DNA from: Balanoglossus misakiensis
Lineage: Eukaryota; Animalia; Hemichordata
DNA: 64,000 nt
Reading direction: 5' to 3'
NCBI GenBank assembly: GCA_040954595.2
Contig: CM082589.2
Coordinates: 6,135,186-6,199,185 of the forward strand
Part shown: positions 38,763-53,800 of the stretch, piece after piece
How positions within the stretch are numbered: position 1 is the first letter of the stretch
Layout: the number at the start of each line of letters is the position of its first letter
Made by a program: the position numbers and the translations under genes
Notes under the pieces: generated by a model
The model's database searches: none
What the model saw: the letters and a program-made list of their open reading frames with translations, nothing else
What the model was told of the DNA's origin: nothing

Positions 38763-39543
38763 GTTTCCGAAGATGGAGGATAAGCGGAAACAGTAAAGGG
38801 TATACCACTTCTCAAAGAGGGGAGGTCGAAGCAAGGTTGTGAGAGGGTCAAGATGGGTTACTGAAATGGCTCAATAATTGTGAAAGTAACTTTCTGGTAT
38901 TAATGATGACTATAATACGCACAGGGAATTCTAAATCCAACTATCTGCTAAAGTGGTGAGATTTTTAAAACCTTATGAATAGATATCTGCAGCAAATACA
39001 TAATGAACACCTACTGCCGAGGGGCTGTAAGCATATGATTCTGGTAACTCACAGTCACGAGGGGGTAAAAACAGCTGCTATGGCCCGAATATAGGCCAGG
39101 CTATAGGTGTTTTATAAAAAACCTCATGCTAATAGCTGGGAAAATCTTGCAATTTTCTCTTGAGGTTGGCAGACGACATCTTCATTCAGCGGTGACCATT
39201 GTGTCAGACGACGCGACGCTGATTGACGTGACCGAGTCTGCGCACTCACGCTGGTCACGTGACCGGTTTATATTTTTTCTGCTATTTCCCTAGAGGGATT
39301 CATAGTCGATTCTATTTTCCTATCACGTGACGGATTCTGGCGAATCACGACACAGTATTAGCATGAGGTATATTATAATAGTATCTAAATCATCTTAATA
39401 ATACCGGTAGTTAGCGATTGTGGTATTATAATTATTTTAATATAAAAGGGATCAAAAGAACGGCCCACCTGTACTTTTTCACACCAGACAAATTGCCGTA
39501 CCAGCAACTCAACACATCCACGCTTATACTGAACAGACAAAGC

Positions 39544-41886
39544 ATGAAATTGACTGCGCTCCTGTTAGTGTTGGCTTCCATTGCCAGTAACTGTCTGCCT
39601 ACACAAGGTAAGTGTGACACATTCAAGCATTTTCGCATCTTTACGTAGCCCGTGTGTGTAGGGGCCGTGATTTTAAAAACTTGTTGCCTGTATAAAAAAA
39701 AAAAACGTTTTTATCCGTCACAAATCCATTCTACAAACCAAACAGATAGACCCTATGCGTTTTTCTGAACAGTCATTATTCATTGTATACATGTACATGT
39801 ATTTTCATTTCTCTTATTAAGATTCTTCTAATCGGCATACATGGATATGGGTCATTGAAATGTCAAAACTGTTGTTTTATGCTTAATCATTATGGAGGCC
39901 ACAGACAAACAAATCTTTCTATCGCACCAATAAACTTCTTGTAGTTTTAAGCTGTCTTCTTTTTAGCGCAACAGGCCACTTTTGGAATCAAAATATGCGC
40001 AAAAGAAGCACAAAAACTGCAACAAATGAACATTGGCCATGCGTACTCCTTGACAGCTGTCTGTGGTCACACCACATGCTCACCTGCAGCGGTCTTGCAA
40101 TGCTGTCTGTGATTGGCCGGTATATGATACTATATCAAAATCATGGGATTAATTCTAATTCTTTTTTTAATGCAGGTTCTTTGTATTCCTGTCAAGGACG
40201 ATGTGGCGAGGCGTACGACAGAACAAACCCGTGTCACTGTAACGATCTTTGCAGTCAATACGGCAACTGCTGTAGTGACTATTCCAACTATTGCGGTATG
40301 TACATTTTGTTTATCACACGAGAATGCTATATTTGAATACTAGTGATTGTCATCAATACAAGCAAAGAAATTTCGCCTCATATGAGGAACTTTGAATTGT
40401 TTTAACACGACAAGATTGACGGCAGATATTGACCGGTAAAACTTAAAATTACTTGGTCTAGTACTCTGTTTCATGAAACTTTTACCATGAATGTGGTATA
40501 ATATATAAATCGTCGCGAACATCTTCAACGTTCGCTCTCTAAAAACACACATTGTATCACCTTCTCCTGACAGACCCCGCGTATTCCTGCCAAGGGCGAT
40601 GTGGCGAGTCGTACGACAGTACAAACCCGTGTCATTGTAATGATCTTTGTAGTCAATATGGCAACTGCTGTAATGACTATAACTCCCTATGTGGCGCAGG
40701 TATGTACGTCATTTTTCTTGAAAAGTGAAAAGTATGTTTCTCTTTAACTCTGGTATTGTATTGTCCCCTTTCCAGTGGTTTCGTACAGTCGACTCAGAGT
40801 ACAATAACAACAAAACCCATTCAAAGCCAAACATTCACTCGCCCTGACAAACGTTTTCGTCGTATAACATATATGAGGAAAATCTTAACATTTTCGTGAT
40901 TTTCTGTATAACAGGACAAGGAAGCTTGTCTGCATTGGTCAATGAGATGTGGAACAATGACGTCAATGCTGCTAACGACAATGACATCTCACTGAACATA
41001 CAAGGTCGAATCACGGACACATCGCAGAAGACAGACCTGGCACCTGCAAAGTGAGTTACAAACCACAAAAATACATGTCACAGAGTCATACAACCACCTG
41101 CTTTAAATTTTACCATCGGGACATCCTTTAATAATCACTCTCACGGTCGATGACGTCACAATTTGGACTCAAGATACGCTCAGGGTGAATGCATATCACC
41201 TATTATCTATTATTACAGATTGTTCACCTATTTCAACGAAGCCTTGCTCAGCAAACCCAGCTACAGTGCCATGGTTGCACTGTTCGACAACTACATCCGG
41301 GCTACTGGGACCAAAGAAAGCGACTCTCTCAACGAGAAGTCAGAGGTGGAAACTTTCCTGGATGAGGTGATGAGCTCGAACGTCATGCTCCTCGCTCATG
41401 ACTATCTGTCGGGCAAAGGTGTGTTGCTACCAGGTCGTAGAGTACTTGCATACATATAAGTCGAATGTGAAAATGTTGGGAGACCCGTGGATTGCACCTG
41501 ATGCATTGTGGGACCTTTAAGAGAACTGGACGTTATTTTTAATCTCTTATATTAGTAGACAGTCAGAAATTCATCGCCTTAATTTGTTTGCTCCATTTCA
41601 GGATTAGTGAGTTCTGACATCAATACCTTCCGTTCCGAGGTGAAGTCCATGTGGTTCACTCACTATGCTCGCACCACTAGCGGCGATTCCTCGGGTTTTG
41701 AACACGTCTTCGTCGGAGAGGTGAAGAACGGAGCAGTCTCTGGGTTCCACAGTTGGATTCAGTTTTACCTAGAGGAAGCGTCCGGTAGCATAGATTACCA
41801 TGGTTACGTGAACCAGCAAGATGTACGTATTGTGGGTTTTACTGTTTAACACATCGAAAGATGGGGTGAGAGATAGATAGAGAGAC

Positions 41887-41943
<57 letters not shown>

Positions 41944-42374
41944 GACAGAGACAGACAGACAAAGACAAACAGACAAACTGACAGACAGACAGACATAGAC
42001 AGAATGTGGTTGGAGATGTGTATGTTATCAGACCAGTACTTCTCCACGACAATATGGGAATGTACGAAACTGGATTTAAGCCATTTATACACTGGAAACA
42101 AAACGCATGGAAAATGAATGTACCCAAATTTACCTTTCGTTTAACTGCCCAACAGAACGGAGCCCTGAGTCTGCAAATGCAGTGGGATGGTTACCACAAG
42201 TCGATCACATCTGTGTTCATGAAGAGGAGCCCGGAATTCGAGTTAGCCCTCTTCACAGTGTGTTTCATGGAATTCCCAGACGATCTGTGTACATTCGACT
42301 TGAATGGTTCTGAAGTGTCGGTCCAAACTTGGACCATGTACTCAGACTACGTGGGCAGTGCTTACGTGGTATAA
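39544..42374 (+). CDS. ENDOU: Poly(U)-specific endoribonuclease ENDOU/PP11-like: signal peptide, 2 somatomedin-B domains, EndoU domain
   Basis: Exons 39544-39607, 40176-40295, 40574-40699, 40915-41050, 41219-41418, 41602-41822, 42156-42374. Two SCQGRCGE..CHCNDLC..YGNCC domains. EndoU motifs LFDNY, SSGFEHVFVGE, GFHSW, SPEFELALFTVCF. AATAAA at ~42454. Confidence 0.93.
41868..42003. repeat. (GA)n/(GACA)n microsatellite
   Basis: Direct reading. Confidence 0.95.
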
Positions 42375-45053
42375 CCTCCTAAATAACCGAATGAAGAATG
42401 TTTTTGAATTAGATAACACGTTGAGCGTAAACATGTAAGCCTAATGTTATCAAAATAAAAGTGTACACAAAAGTTTCAAGTTGTATTCATTCAATCATTA
42501 CGTACCACCACCACCTCCACCCCAGTTACTCAATGGATGTCATCACTGACTTGCCAATGACCGTTGCCATGCCCGTTACCAGAAGGTCATGAAAACCTCG
42601 GCTGATTTATACCGCCCGCGGGGTCAACCTTGTCGCAAAATTTGTAAACTCAGTATTACCAAACATCAATATTTAAACAAGTCTTTCGAAGTACCCAGTC
42701 ATGAATCGTCGTGTTGTTTCATTCACACATGTTCAACTGTATGCCTGGTTGTAGACTCTCTCACAGCCCCTCTCGTCGTCCATGCAGGCTTATGGACTGA
42801 TTAGGACGCATCAGTGAAGAGCCTTGTAGCGAACCGTGGGCTGTGAGAGAGTCTAGCCTGGTTGGCAATATCGTTGGTTTGTAGACGTTTTGTTAATTTA
42901 AATTTTAATCCCCGGCTCCGTGAAGCACAGTAAGAAATTCCCGGGATGATGGGTGATGATTTCGACATGGAACGTTTTAAACAACTTAATAACTTCTAAT
43001 GGAACAATCTTCGTTATTTAAAAAAAATATTGTTTAAGAATTTATATAGTTATTCAAAATACGAATCACACTTTCATTTTGTAATGATAAAGTCTCTAAA
43101 ACTAACGATATTAGTCCGTGATTTCACAGAGTCGCGACAGTTGTAACGACATACATGTCAAAGGATAATGCTTTTGCGCACACGTGTAAGTGATTGACGG
43201 AGGCAACTTTCATCTTTTTAAAAGTTGTCAACAAAAATCCCCTTCTCAACAAAAATCCTATAAATTGTCAGTCACGGACAAGTAAAATACAATTGCCCCA
43301 TTTTAAATCGTTATTTAGTATAGGGCTAGTAATCTTATACCCAGTAAATAATAACATCAACTAATTAAGCCCGACACAACAGAACTAAAAGGATTTCATT
43401 TAGAACAATCCACCTGTGAATTTCACGTCCGAGTGAAAACATTACTTGTTGAATTCACAGGTAAAATGAGTAATCTGCTTGTGTAGCTAATGGGGTACAC
43501 TTTGAACAAAACGTTTTACATCTCCATGCATTTCTATATTTTCTTGTGTTGGAGTTACGGTGGCGAATATTGAAAGATAATTATGCGCAGCTTATCGTCA
43601 GAAAAAGGGTTTCTGTCCAACCGTCTTTTGTTGTGGTTTCATGGCATTGCTTATTACCTTTTGACCCCGTGACCTCTTCAAGGCCTCTTGGAAGTGATTC
43701 AAAACTAAGAACGGGGATTAGATAGGGGGCTTTACTCCGCGAATGGCCGCTACATAATAGCGCGAACAGTCCCTGTGAGCAGTTAGCACGGATTAAGGGG
43801 ATCCACAAACGCCCTTAAAATAACATCCTGAAACCTATACTCGTGGTAAACCACCTCAAGCCTCGGGGAATGGACATGGAGAAACCATTAAGGAGGTTCT
43901 GCGTTTGATTAAGGTGATTAGCGATGTGTCCGCTTGCTAACCTTGTCATGATTTGGTGTCAAAACCGCGTGTAATTAGTGAGTGGTTTTGATTCAATTTC
44001 GCCGTAATTGACTGTCGGTCGCCCGAGGCGCGTTGGAAACAACTCAATTCTGTAAGTGAGAATAAATACTAAGGTCGCAATCGCTCTGTGGGATTGTTTT
44101 CAACCAACCAACATCAGAACGACTCCATCAACAAGCAAAAATGACACACCAGCCCTTCATGTTCTAATCAAGTCTCTCACACCTGTCCTAATATAAAGAT
44201 GTCATGGCTGTTTCTGTACAAGACAAAACGACTGTTCCATAGCAGTTTTATAACTTTATTGATCAAAAGTCTCTTTAGAGAAATCGAAATAATGATAACA
44301 TATATACACAGATCGAAACAACAACAACAACAACAACACAACAAGCAAACAAACGCGTATACAATTATCAATAATTTCATCAACTGGACAGATAACGATG
44401 AATAAGATCACGTGTGCTTCATCCATTTCAGGCGTCGTTGAAGTCTTAGAGTAAGTGCAGACACGTATATAAAATTTTAAATTCTTTTCAGCAGTCTATG
44501 TATTGCTAGTATAACAGCAGTTCCAGCATTTGGACACAGGATATAAAAAAAATCTTTTGCAGAACAGACCTCCCGTGCTGGATGCTTCAAAACAACTCTC
44601 CCCCAATGCTGAGGCAGAACGCGTCGTCACGTTCGCCTTTAATTCCTGACCGAGGAACGTCGTGTATACGCGTTAAGCAGCAACAATTAATTGCAAATCC
44701 AATCTAGTAAAGTTATCAAGAAGCTGAGCGTCTTCAGGATATATTGCGCCGCAGGATAGAAATTTAAAGAGCATGCTGAACATTTCAGATTACGTTTCAA
44801 TCCATCATGCTTCGCGCTCGACGGATCTGTCGTCGTTAAAGAATCAAAGTGGCTGCTCCAACAGAACTGACTGACCCGTACGGTTGGTACGGCGAAATGT
44901 TTTCAAGAACGACTGTCCATCCTCGACTTTGTCTGGGTCAATTATATGATAGTGTGGTTCAAAATAATGTCACATCTCAGCTCCTGTTGTACGAATTAAA
45001 GCTTGACATTCAGAAGTGTTTTCTTCAATCATTTCTGACATGTGTATGTGGGT

Positions 45054-48000
45054 TTATTCAGTATTCGCTAGACGATCCAGCCCCCGGACTTCCTTCAGTC
45101 TTGTAGAACGGAGGCGAGGACGGAGTGGCTCCGACGTACAGCCTGGATCTCATCGGCCATTTCTGTCAAGATAAACAGAAAAATAGAATGCAATTATAAG
45201 AGCTGCAGTGATGTACTTTATACTACATTTCGTTGATCGGACAGCATAGATTCTTGATATATCGATATTCCCTATCTCACCTGTCACACATTTTGTCTAA
45301 AATGCAGAGAATTTTACTGCTCCAGACTGAACTGGCAATGGACAGCTGACGTGGATTTTCACCAAAACTGTCTGGACGTTATTTACAACATTATGTGTCA
45401 CCAATATTCCCTTGCAAAGTATGCAAACACTGTGATGTTCTCTGTTTTACGACCGTTTATATCAATCCAGCATGTACTGTAGAATTGTAAGAAACAAGGC
45501 CTGAATCTACATCACAGTGCTGTAAATTCTCCCGTGCACGCCAAATCGGTATGGTACACGGCCTGTAAATTCTCCCGCTGTAACTAACCGATATTAGCCA
45601 TTACCGACAGAGGACTTGGAATAACAAAGACTTTATAGGAAACTTAATTATGTAGTATTACGCGGATGAGCGTGGGAAAAATGATCGCGTCAATGTGGAT
45701 TCAATAAAGAGCCAACAGAGACTACGCGTCAGGACGTGAATGCAATCGCCTAATTAGAACGCCTGGTGTGGCCAATTAAACGCATCCAATGTGCTAATTG
45801 GGGGAGCACATATGCATGGTGAAACTTGCAAGGAATAAACGAGAGTGACCACGAGTATTGGACATTTATTTGTAGAAACGTCATCGGAATGGTAAATCGT
45901 CACTATCCAGGGAAGGACTCGGTGCTGACAGACGAGGCAGACGCCGGCCGGGGACAGCCGCTAAAGTCTTCACACGGACAGCCGCAGGTCGTCACAATCG
46001 ACCAACCGAAAATATGCATAGGGGTGGCCTCCCCGGGTGACCCGATGATATGCGCAGAGGGAATAATGTTTGTACAAGATTAACACACCGGTCAAACGCC
46101 ACACTCTTTACCGTTCGGTCGTCTCTTTGCCCTCTCAATTTATAACCACTTGGGCCATTTGTCATGACAGCTATGGAGAAAACATGATACACAACAAACA
46201 GCGAAGACATATAAATATTGTCAAGTCCGGTCTCCGGTTGCCACATGTCACGGCGTATAGACTAAATGCTTAAATAAATGAAAAGTAATGGCGATTCTTA
46301 TAGGGCACGATGGGCGATAAAACACATGCAGTGTCCCATACTTCTTCTATATGAGTAGAATTTATAGGCGCGGAAGAAAATATTGAGACAATTTCCGAGC
46401 ATTTATGTGCTTAAGCCGATACTTTTATGGGCCAAATTTGTCAAACATGCCACTAAATTGCCATTCCTGAGGACAACAGTGCATGGGAAACGATGGCGTT
46501 TATTTGCCCCCAGAATGTGTCTTATGTAAACTGCACCAAACAATCATCACTATATAGGCGATCCATACCCGCAAAGTTCGCGACAACTTTTTCTTTCTAC
46601 TCCCCCAAAGGCCCGGGAAATAAAAGACGTTTGTAGGTATGGGACCCAAAGCACTTTGCCTAGCAACGTGTACTATGCTAACCGCGCCCCTTTCAATTTT
46701 AGGACTGGGTATAGAATTCGATGATTCTTTTTCAAGAGTTCGAGTCCACTGAAGTAAAGTATTCCCAATTGATTAATTAGCTATGTCATTTACATCTACG
46801 CCAGTGAAAGCGCTTTCAATTGACTTTCTTACTCAAACGACGACAGTCACTACGTATGGTAGACAAGTTACCAAAAGTTACCAAAAGTTAAAAGTTACTC
46901 TCTCTTAAAGGATTCCAGGATTTCTGAGAATCACCTAACAATCTGTGGCATGTGTTATTTTATTTCGTTTGTATGTACATCAATCGTATTGAAATATTGG
47001 AATGGTAGGTGTTTGGTATTTTTTTTCGAATGGCATTACGACGCAGGCGGACAGAAAATTCCATTGGTCTCATTTGAAAACCACGAAAAAAAATGAAATT
47101 TCTAAATCTTTAATTGTGAAACCAGTTCCTGAAGAAGCGTGACTGAAGACTCGCTTCGTCGTTGTCTTGTAACCATCCCGAATGACTATTTGATCATGAA
47201 TTAGTCAGCAGTAAATTCTAGATCCCGTTTCTTGCCATTGCGTTTCCGTGCAATTCACTTCCCCTGCAATAGTTTTCATAATATCATTCAACCCACGTCC
47301 CCCTTTTTTTAAAGTTTACAAGCAGAAAGCTGAACCACATTAAACAAGCAAACAAACAACACTCCCTCCCCCTCCCCCAGCTCCGAGTTGAAAGTCAGTT
47401 AACTTGTTTGGTTTGAAAAGAAAACGAGTCACAGTGACGCGTTGCGCCGCGTCGCCTGCGCTTGGAGTGGAAGCGAAAACAGTAGCCTGTCAAAACGCTT
47501 GCTTACAAAAGCCAGGAAAACTACTAATATACCTCTATGTTTGGTTGGCACACACTTTTATCCTAAATGTTGACCCAGCGAATAATGGATGCTGTCCACA
47601 AACATGAAAACCCCCCTCTTTAAACACACTCGGTGCGTTTTAGGTCACAAAGTGATTTTAAAGTGCATTCTATCTTGTTAGTTTCAAATGAAATCGACAT
47701 GACTATCCATCATGCGAGGACAAAGCGTGTCCCGATTGTGGCCCGTGGCTTATTTAGTTACATCCCACCGCGGGTCTCTTTGGTCAAGATTGCTCTCGTT
47801 TGAATCCTGAACTCTGTCAACATTAGAGAGAAAACGAATTTCGTTGAATGTCGATCGGTGCTGTGTTGAAAAGTGGGCAAGAGTCACGTTTTAGGGTCTC
47901 GCGTCGACAATTGATTACAAAGTGGAACAACCCACCGTGTGTTATGAAGGTATGTCTAGAAAATACTTGTAGATTACGGAAATTGTTATAACTATACCTG

Positions 48001-50327
48001 TACACAAAATACATATAGTTGTAAACGGATCACAATATACAGATGCGAGATTGTAAGTGGTACCACAGGCATAATTTGAGGAATTTCATTACTGACGTAA
48101 ATTTGCCACTGAAATGTAAAATCGAGCCAGCTGCCCCATCCGTAGCATGTCTAATCCAGCTATTTGATTTTTGGTCATTTGATTTTGTTCAAAAGTTCAT
48201 CCGTTGTCTTGAATTAGTCCGTCACTGATCAATAGGGTACTAGTAAGTCGACCGAGGAGTTTTGGATATTCTCCGCGGAGATCCCAATACCCCTTCATCG
48301 TCAGTGCATGTACGTACATGTATCTGGAAGTTACTGTAACTGTCTTTTGACAAACAACTTATCCTTTGAATATCTATATATCCAGGGGACAATCACCGAC
48401 AAGATACTATTCTAGCATTGTCTCTCCGACTTCTAGATGTCAAGGATGTTTTACTAACAATGCTGAGAGCCGCGATCGAACATTTCGGCATTTTAAGTGC
48501 GAACCCGTCTGGCCTTCCTCTCGGCCACGATCCCATTATTCGCATTAAGTGTCCACTGTGAATGTAAGACGTTCTTCAAATTTGTAAAATAGTCTTGAGT
48601 TCGTGTTTGTTGTCTCTCCTGTTTCGTGAACCAGATATACCCGGATGTTTGAAAATGACAGGACTTGGCACGCTACCATGCAAGTCACTAGGGCTTAATT
48701 AAATTTTACCTCCCCCGTCTCTTCCTCTCTCTGCTGCAGGCCACAAACCATCAGCGGCGACAAATGAAACCAATGGCAGTGTTGAAACGCGGGATCGATA
48801 GCCATGATCAACTGAGCATCGAACGAATTGTCCTATAGCATAGAACAATTCTATCGTTGCAAAATAACAACAATTAGAAGTCGCATGTAATATTTTCTTC
48901 TTCTTTTTTCTTCTTCAGAGAATGTTAAATTTCCGTTCCGGTCAATGAAATACTGGAAGAAGACTTTTACCAAAGCGCGATTCAGTGACTCGGGTAGCGA
49001 CCAATAGAACGTTTTCGCGTTACATCTCTGAACGCCCTGGGTCTTTCTTTCACTTGCAGTTGCAAAACAAAACCACTGACCGTCAACCACTGCATTTTAA
49101 AGGCGTTGAACTGATTTTCAGATCGCTACGTAGACAGCTATCAGAGCCATGAAGCCAAGCATTGCAATTACACGCTCCATTCAATGTTAACCATAGGCTA
49201 TTGAAGATTTTCATGCCCCTCTCAAGTTACATAATATTAAATGCAATTAAATGTTACACACTTCGCACCAGCGCCATATTTTTCATGTTAACCCAAGTTA
49301 AGTCGGAAAAGTAAAATCAAAAGAAAGCACGTGGTCAGACCCTTCAAAGAGAAGATATGAGAAAAATGCAATTTCATAAACGGTAAACCGAGCTTGGTGC
49401 TCAGCGGTTAGCAGCGAGTCTGGTCGACGACGTATAACGTATGGTTTCTAACAGCAAGCGGTCACGGTTTTATATCAAGATAATATGATATTAAGATGTA
49501 AAGGCAAGGTTATTAACCTTTTAATGAACTAGCGAGACGAATGTAAGAGTATTATCTGAAACCTTGTTCGCCGTCGGGGTTCATTTTGTGTTCATACAGC
49601 GTGCGTAATGGAGACACTATAGAAATTCGACGTGTGGCGTAGAATGTGTTGTATAGACAACGTTAGAACTATATATACGAATTATGGTTGTTTTAATACA
49701 TATATTAAATAGTTTAAATCCCATTGAAGTGATTCCAAATTTGTGATGGTGTTATGTTAGTTTCTTTTTCACAGCACATCCTGATATTATGTCAATGGCA
49801 TGCAAGATTTGTGTTTGGAACCTGAGGGCCCTGTGTTCGCAGTAAGCGGTTATACCGCGGCACCGAAAATATATTAATTAGTTTAGACAGATGCTGTTCC
49901 CTGCCAGGATTGAGAAAAACGCCTTAATAGGCTTTGATCAATTAATCTATACCTTGACTGGGTGTAAATAGCCGTTTGCTCCGAGTCTATGTTGTTTTTC
50001 TTCGTGCCCGTCGGGGTTGTCGGCGTCCAGCGTCTGCATCAAATGTGCGATGTACGTGGTGGCCAGCACGAGAACGTCCAATTTGGAAAGTTTTGTGTCT
50101 GGTGGCACGGACGGCAAAGTTTTCTGCAGTTGGAGGAAGGCCGTTTTCAGCGTCATCACCCGGCCCCGCTCCCGGGCCGCGTTCACCCCGGTTGGCCGGC
50201 CGCGTCTCCTCGGTTTCTCGGTCGAATTGTTCGCCTTCTTGCTCCTTCTCCGTGGTGCGTTTCCAGTCCCGAAATTCATGGCCTCTGCGGACGCCATCTG
50301 TTCGCACGTTTGACTTGTCTTGGTCAT
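45054..50327 (-). CDS. TCF24: bHLH transcription factor TCF24/TCF23-like
   Basis: Exon 49953-50327 with [48 protein letters not shown], spliced to exon 45054-45162. The junction gives YLHPVK|[12 protein letters not shown], the TCF23/24 signature. Confidence 0.93.
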
Positions 50328-50776
50328 TGTCGGTTTCCCCGCTCTGATTCGGACAATATTTCAGTTTTCCGGGGCATGGACACACATGGACCGAGTGGGA
50401 CTTGGGTTGGTTTCGACGTGTGCGCTTCGTTGTAACTGGTAGTCAATGAAGTAGCTCTCTCCGTGTTGATTTGATGTCGCCGTTATGTACATGACTTATA
50501 ATAGCATCGCAGGACGATACACTTGATCCCCCTGTCAACACTTCAAGTTAACGAGATCATACCACTTCGCCACGGGGGTGGCGACGCATCAAAAGTGAAA
50601 GCTAAAACCCCTGGTGGATCTATACACAACTCGGAGATGGACGCCGCCCATGCATGGTCTGAAATTTGTGCAATTGTGCCGGCGTGATTGGACGGTCAAG
50701 CTGGCACGTTTTCACTCATGAGAATCTGACTGAATCAGGCCGTTGGGGACGTGTAGCTGAAATTCATTTTGGTGCA

Positions 50777-50864
50777 CAGTACAGTACAGTACAGTACAGT
50801 ACAGTACAGTACAGTACAGTACAGTACAGTACAGTACAGTACAGTACAGTACAGTACAGTACAG
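50777..50864. repeat. (CAGTA)n pentanucleotide microsatellite
   Basis: About 17 perfect units. Confidence 0.97.
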
Positions 50865-53800
50865 TGCACCACATTACAGTAACATTGCATTGCTTTGTAC
50901 ATGTGGCATCATAGATGCTGGCTGTATTTGTACATATGCGATACCCATACAACAATGGAGTTTCTTGTTCCACTAACCACTTCCAGAAATTATCGGTATT
51001 TGTCAACATAGCGTATTTGTCAACATAGAGTACAATAGCTATTGTTATTGTTGACAGGTGAATTCTTGTCCAAAACATAACATTGTTGACTGTACACACG
51101 TCATAGGCATATATTAAGCTGTGTCGACAGTTACTGTCACAGCAAATGAGCGCGTATATCTTAGCTTAAACTTGGAACGCCAAGGTTGGATGTGTTGTCA
51201 CTAACATTAAAATGGAGCTGATGTGATTCGGCCAACCTCATTTGACTCTGCACGCTTCGTACACTTTCCATGATGCATTAATTGGCGTAAGAATCAGGGT
51301 TTACCAGGAGTGGCGTGGCGTAACATGGGGGGGGGGGGGGTTAAAACAGTTGAAACAGTTTTACAGAGTTATATTCATTGAGTACACGTTTTTGTTTCGC
51401 AAGGTATCTTTGTTTTATTGTTTACAAAAGAACCAAGGATTTATATTTATTAGACTGCATTTTCCAAACAACGCGGGCGAGGGAGGGCAGGGGTCGTGAG
51501 AGTTGACTTGGAAATATTGAAAAACTGGGAAGATGGACGCGCCGTGGGGGATACAAGTCAAATAATGGAAAAACAAATAACTCGCAATGCAAAGCATAGC
51601 TTCCTGTAATGTTCAGAAACCAAAGACGGCGTTAACCCAAGTACATTCGTCAGTTGCTCCGTGCACGCAGCGAATGATCTCCGTCACCATTCTCCGAAGT
51701 GACTTGTGGTTGCGTTCTCGGGGTATTGCCGGGAGCAGGGTGGCCCCGGGCCGCCGGGAAATTATTACAACGCGTCCATCGTGGACGACTGAAACGTAAA
51801 CTCCGCATCGATATCCCACACTGCTGTCAGACAAACAGCAAACTCGAGACTGATTAATACGAACGAGCCAAAGACCAAAATATCTGCAGCAATAATTACC
51901 ACAACAGCGATATATATTAAGACAGCGCAGTAAACAGGGGACCCGTACACAAATGTAAACTTCTACTCAAGTTTAGCCTCGAAAAATAAATATGTCATGG
52001 GTTAGAAACACAAAAGGTCGAACTTCAAACGATGGGCTGCCGTTGAGTGTTGACGAGCGTCTGACCGCAGAGCGGGTCGGGACGATCGATCAGTCTAGTC
52101 CGCACGCCTCGCTTGGGTCATCGGCCCCACCGCCCGGCATGGTTCACTTCACGCCGTATATTCTTCGAGAATCGGCGATTCTAACGAAAATAAAGATACT
52201 GAAGTGTGTTTTTGCTACTGGTGGTCCCCCCGAATAGTCTGACGCGACACCCCAGCGCACACGTATGCGTTTTCAAGTGTCGTGTTAAAAATACACGCAG
52301 GATAAAACGTCAAATTTTCGATTTCGATACTCTATACGAACCCAATGGCGTCAAGAAATCGAAAAAGACAGCTTTTTGACGAAATTCCACAGATGATATA
52401 CCACTGAGGGATTTAAATGTCTCTTTAGGGCATTTTAACAAGACCGGGACCGTCAACTTTCCGTGCTAAATACGTGTAAGTTGATTCTGTAGCGGCGAGG
52501 TGAAATGCTTTTCTTTAACTTTGCAAAGGATGAGAAGTAACCCACAGACAGTCTTAGTGAATCTCATACGATTTTATATGTTTTTTTTTGTGTGCGTTTG
52601 GCTTCGATGTAATAATCTTTATTCTCATCTAGCAAGGCATTTGGTTGACAATTGATAACATTTTTGCCGAAATCGTGGAAAAAGTTTTCGCTGTTCTAAC
52701 CGCACACGCTAGCACGGCTTGTATAAAGTGGTTCGGGCTGACGTTGAACCGTCACCCTTCCACTATTGGCCGTGACGTCACAGTAGCACCAACACGACGA
52801 ATCTGCGGGCGTGAGATGCGCTGAACAGCAGAACGGGCAAATTTAACACGTAATCCATTCATAACCAGCGTGTTTTGACACAAACCGACAATAAACTAAC
52901 GCCAAGTAGGCAACAAAAGTTCGACCAAAACGAATCAACTGTCAGCCCTGGACAATCGTGCTATGAATCACGCAGAAACAACTTCACCAATGTCAATTTG
53001 AGAAGATAAAACTGTAAGTTTAAACATGGCTGACGTCTTTGTCTCAGATGCGCCGTGGTAATTTAACATTCTTTTTATAGGTTGTCCGCGGCCAGGATCA
53101 GATAATTCAGGGAGGGTTTGGGATAAATCACCCCTGTATTGTGGGTAAAACGTATGGAAATTCATCGAAACAGACAATCCGCCCTGACCAAATTACCAGA
53201 CGAGAACAGGGCGGTTGGCAGCGAAGTTAGGGAACCACTAGAAACAGTTTGGCTAGTGTCAGGATACGTATTTTATTCGCCAATATATTTTGAACAGATG
53301 TCAGCTCTTGTACTTTAAATTTGCAGACGTGTGATTTTCCGCGAAACATGGTGCCTAATTAAGCTTCCCATCCCCTTCCAGTCGTATTGGCCCATCCCTC
53401 AGAACGACCAAGTCTGAGGAGATATTGCCGAAAATATTACCGAGTGCACCGCTTTTATATTATAATTGGCGAAAGGGGCTCAGCGTAAAGGCGGCTTCGG
53501 TAGCCACTGTTGACTCGGTGGCTCCGTCGGGTGACAACCGCGTCGGCGCGGAGACGCGAGATATTGACTCATCCGGGGCCTAGAGCATCATAAATCACCG
53601 GAGACAAAGTCGGCCCAGGTAACCCAATCTGAGGGCACGGTGTCCGTACCAAGTAGGTGTCACACAAACGGCATTCCTCGCTAATTGCCGCGGCAAGACA
53701 CGCCAACTGACCCGTAACACAAACCGTAAGTCACATCTCACGCGATACTCTCCGCCGTAACCCCTGTCTCGTCCAATTTATGGCCCACTGATAGTTTGTG

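Noticed and set aside
50777-50864. Regular repeat / STVQY peptide repeat
   Set aside because: Simple microsatellite with no spacers. No CRISPR or prokaryotic features anywhere in the window.
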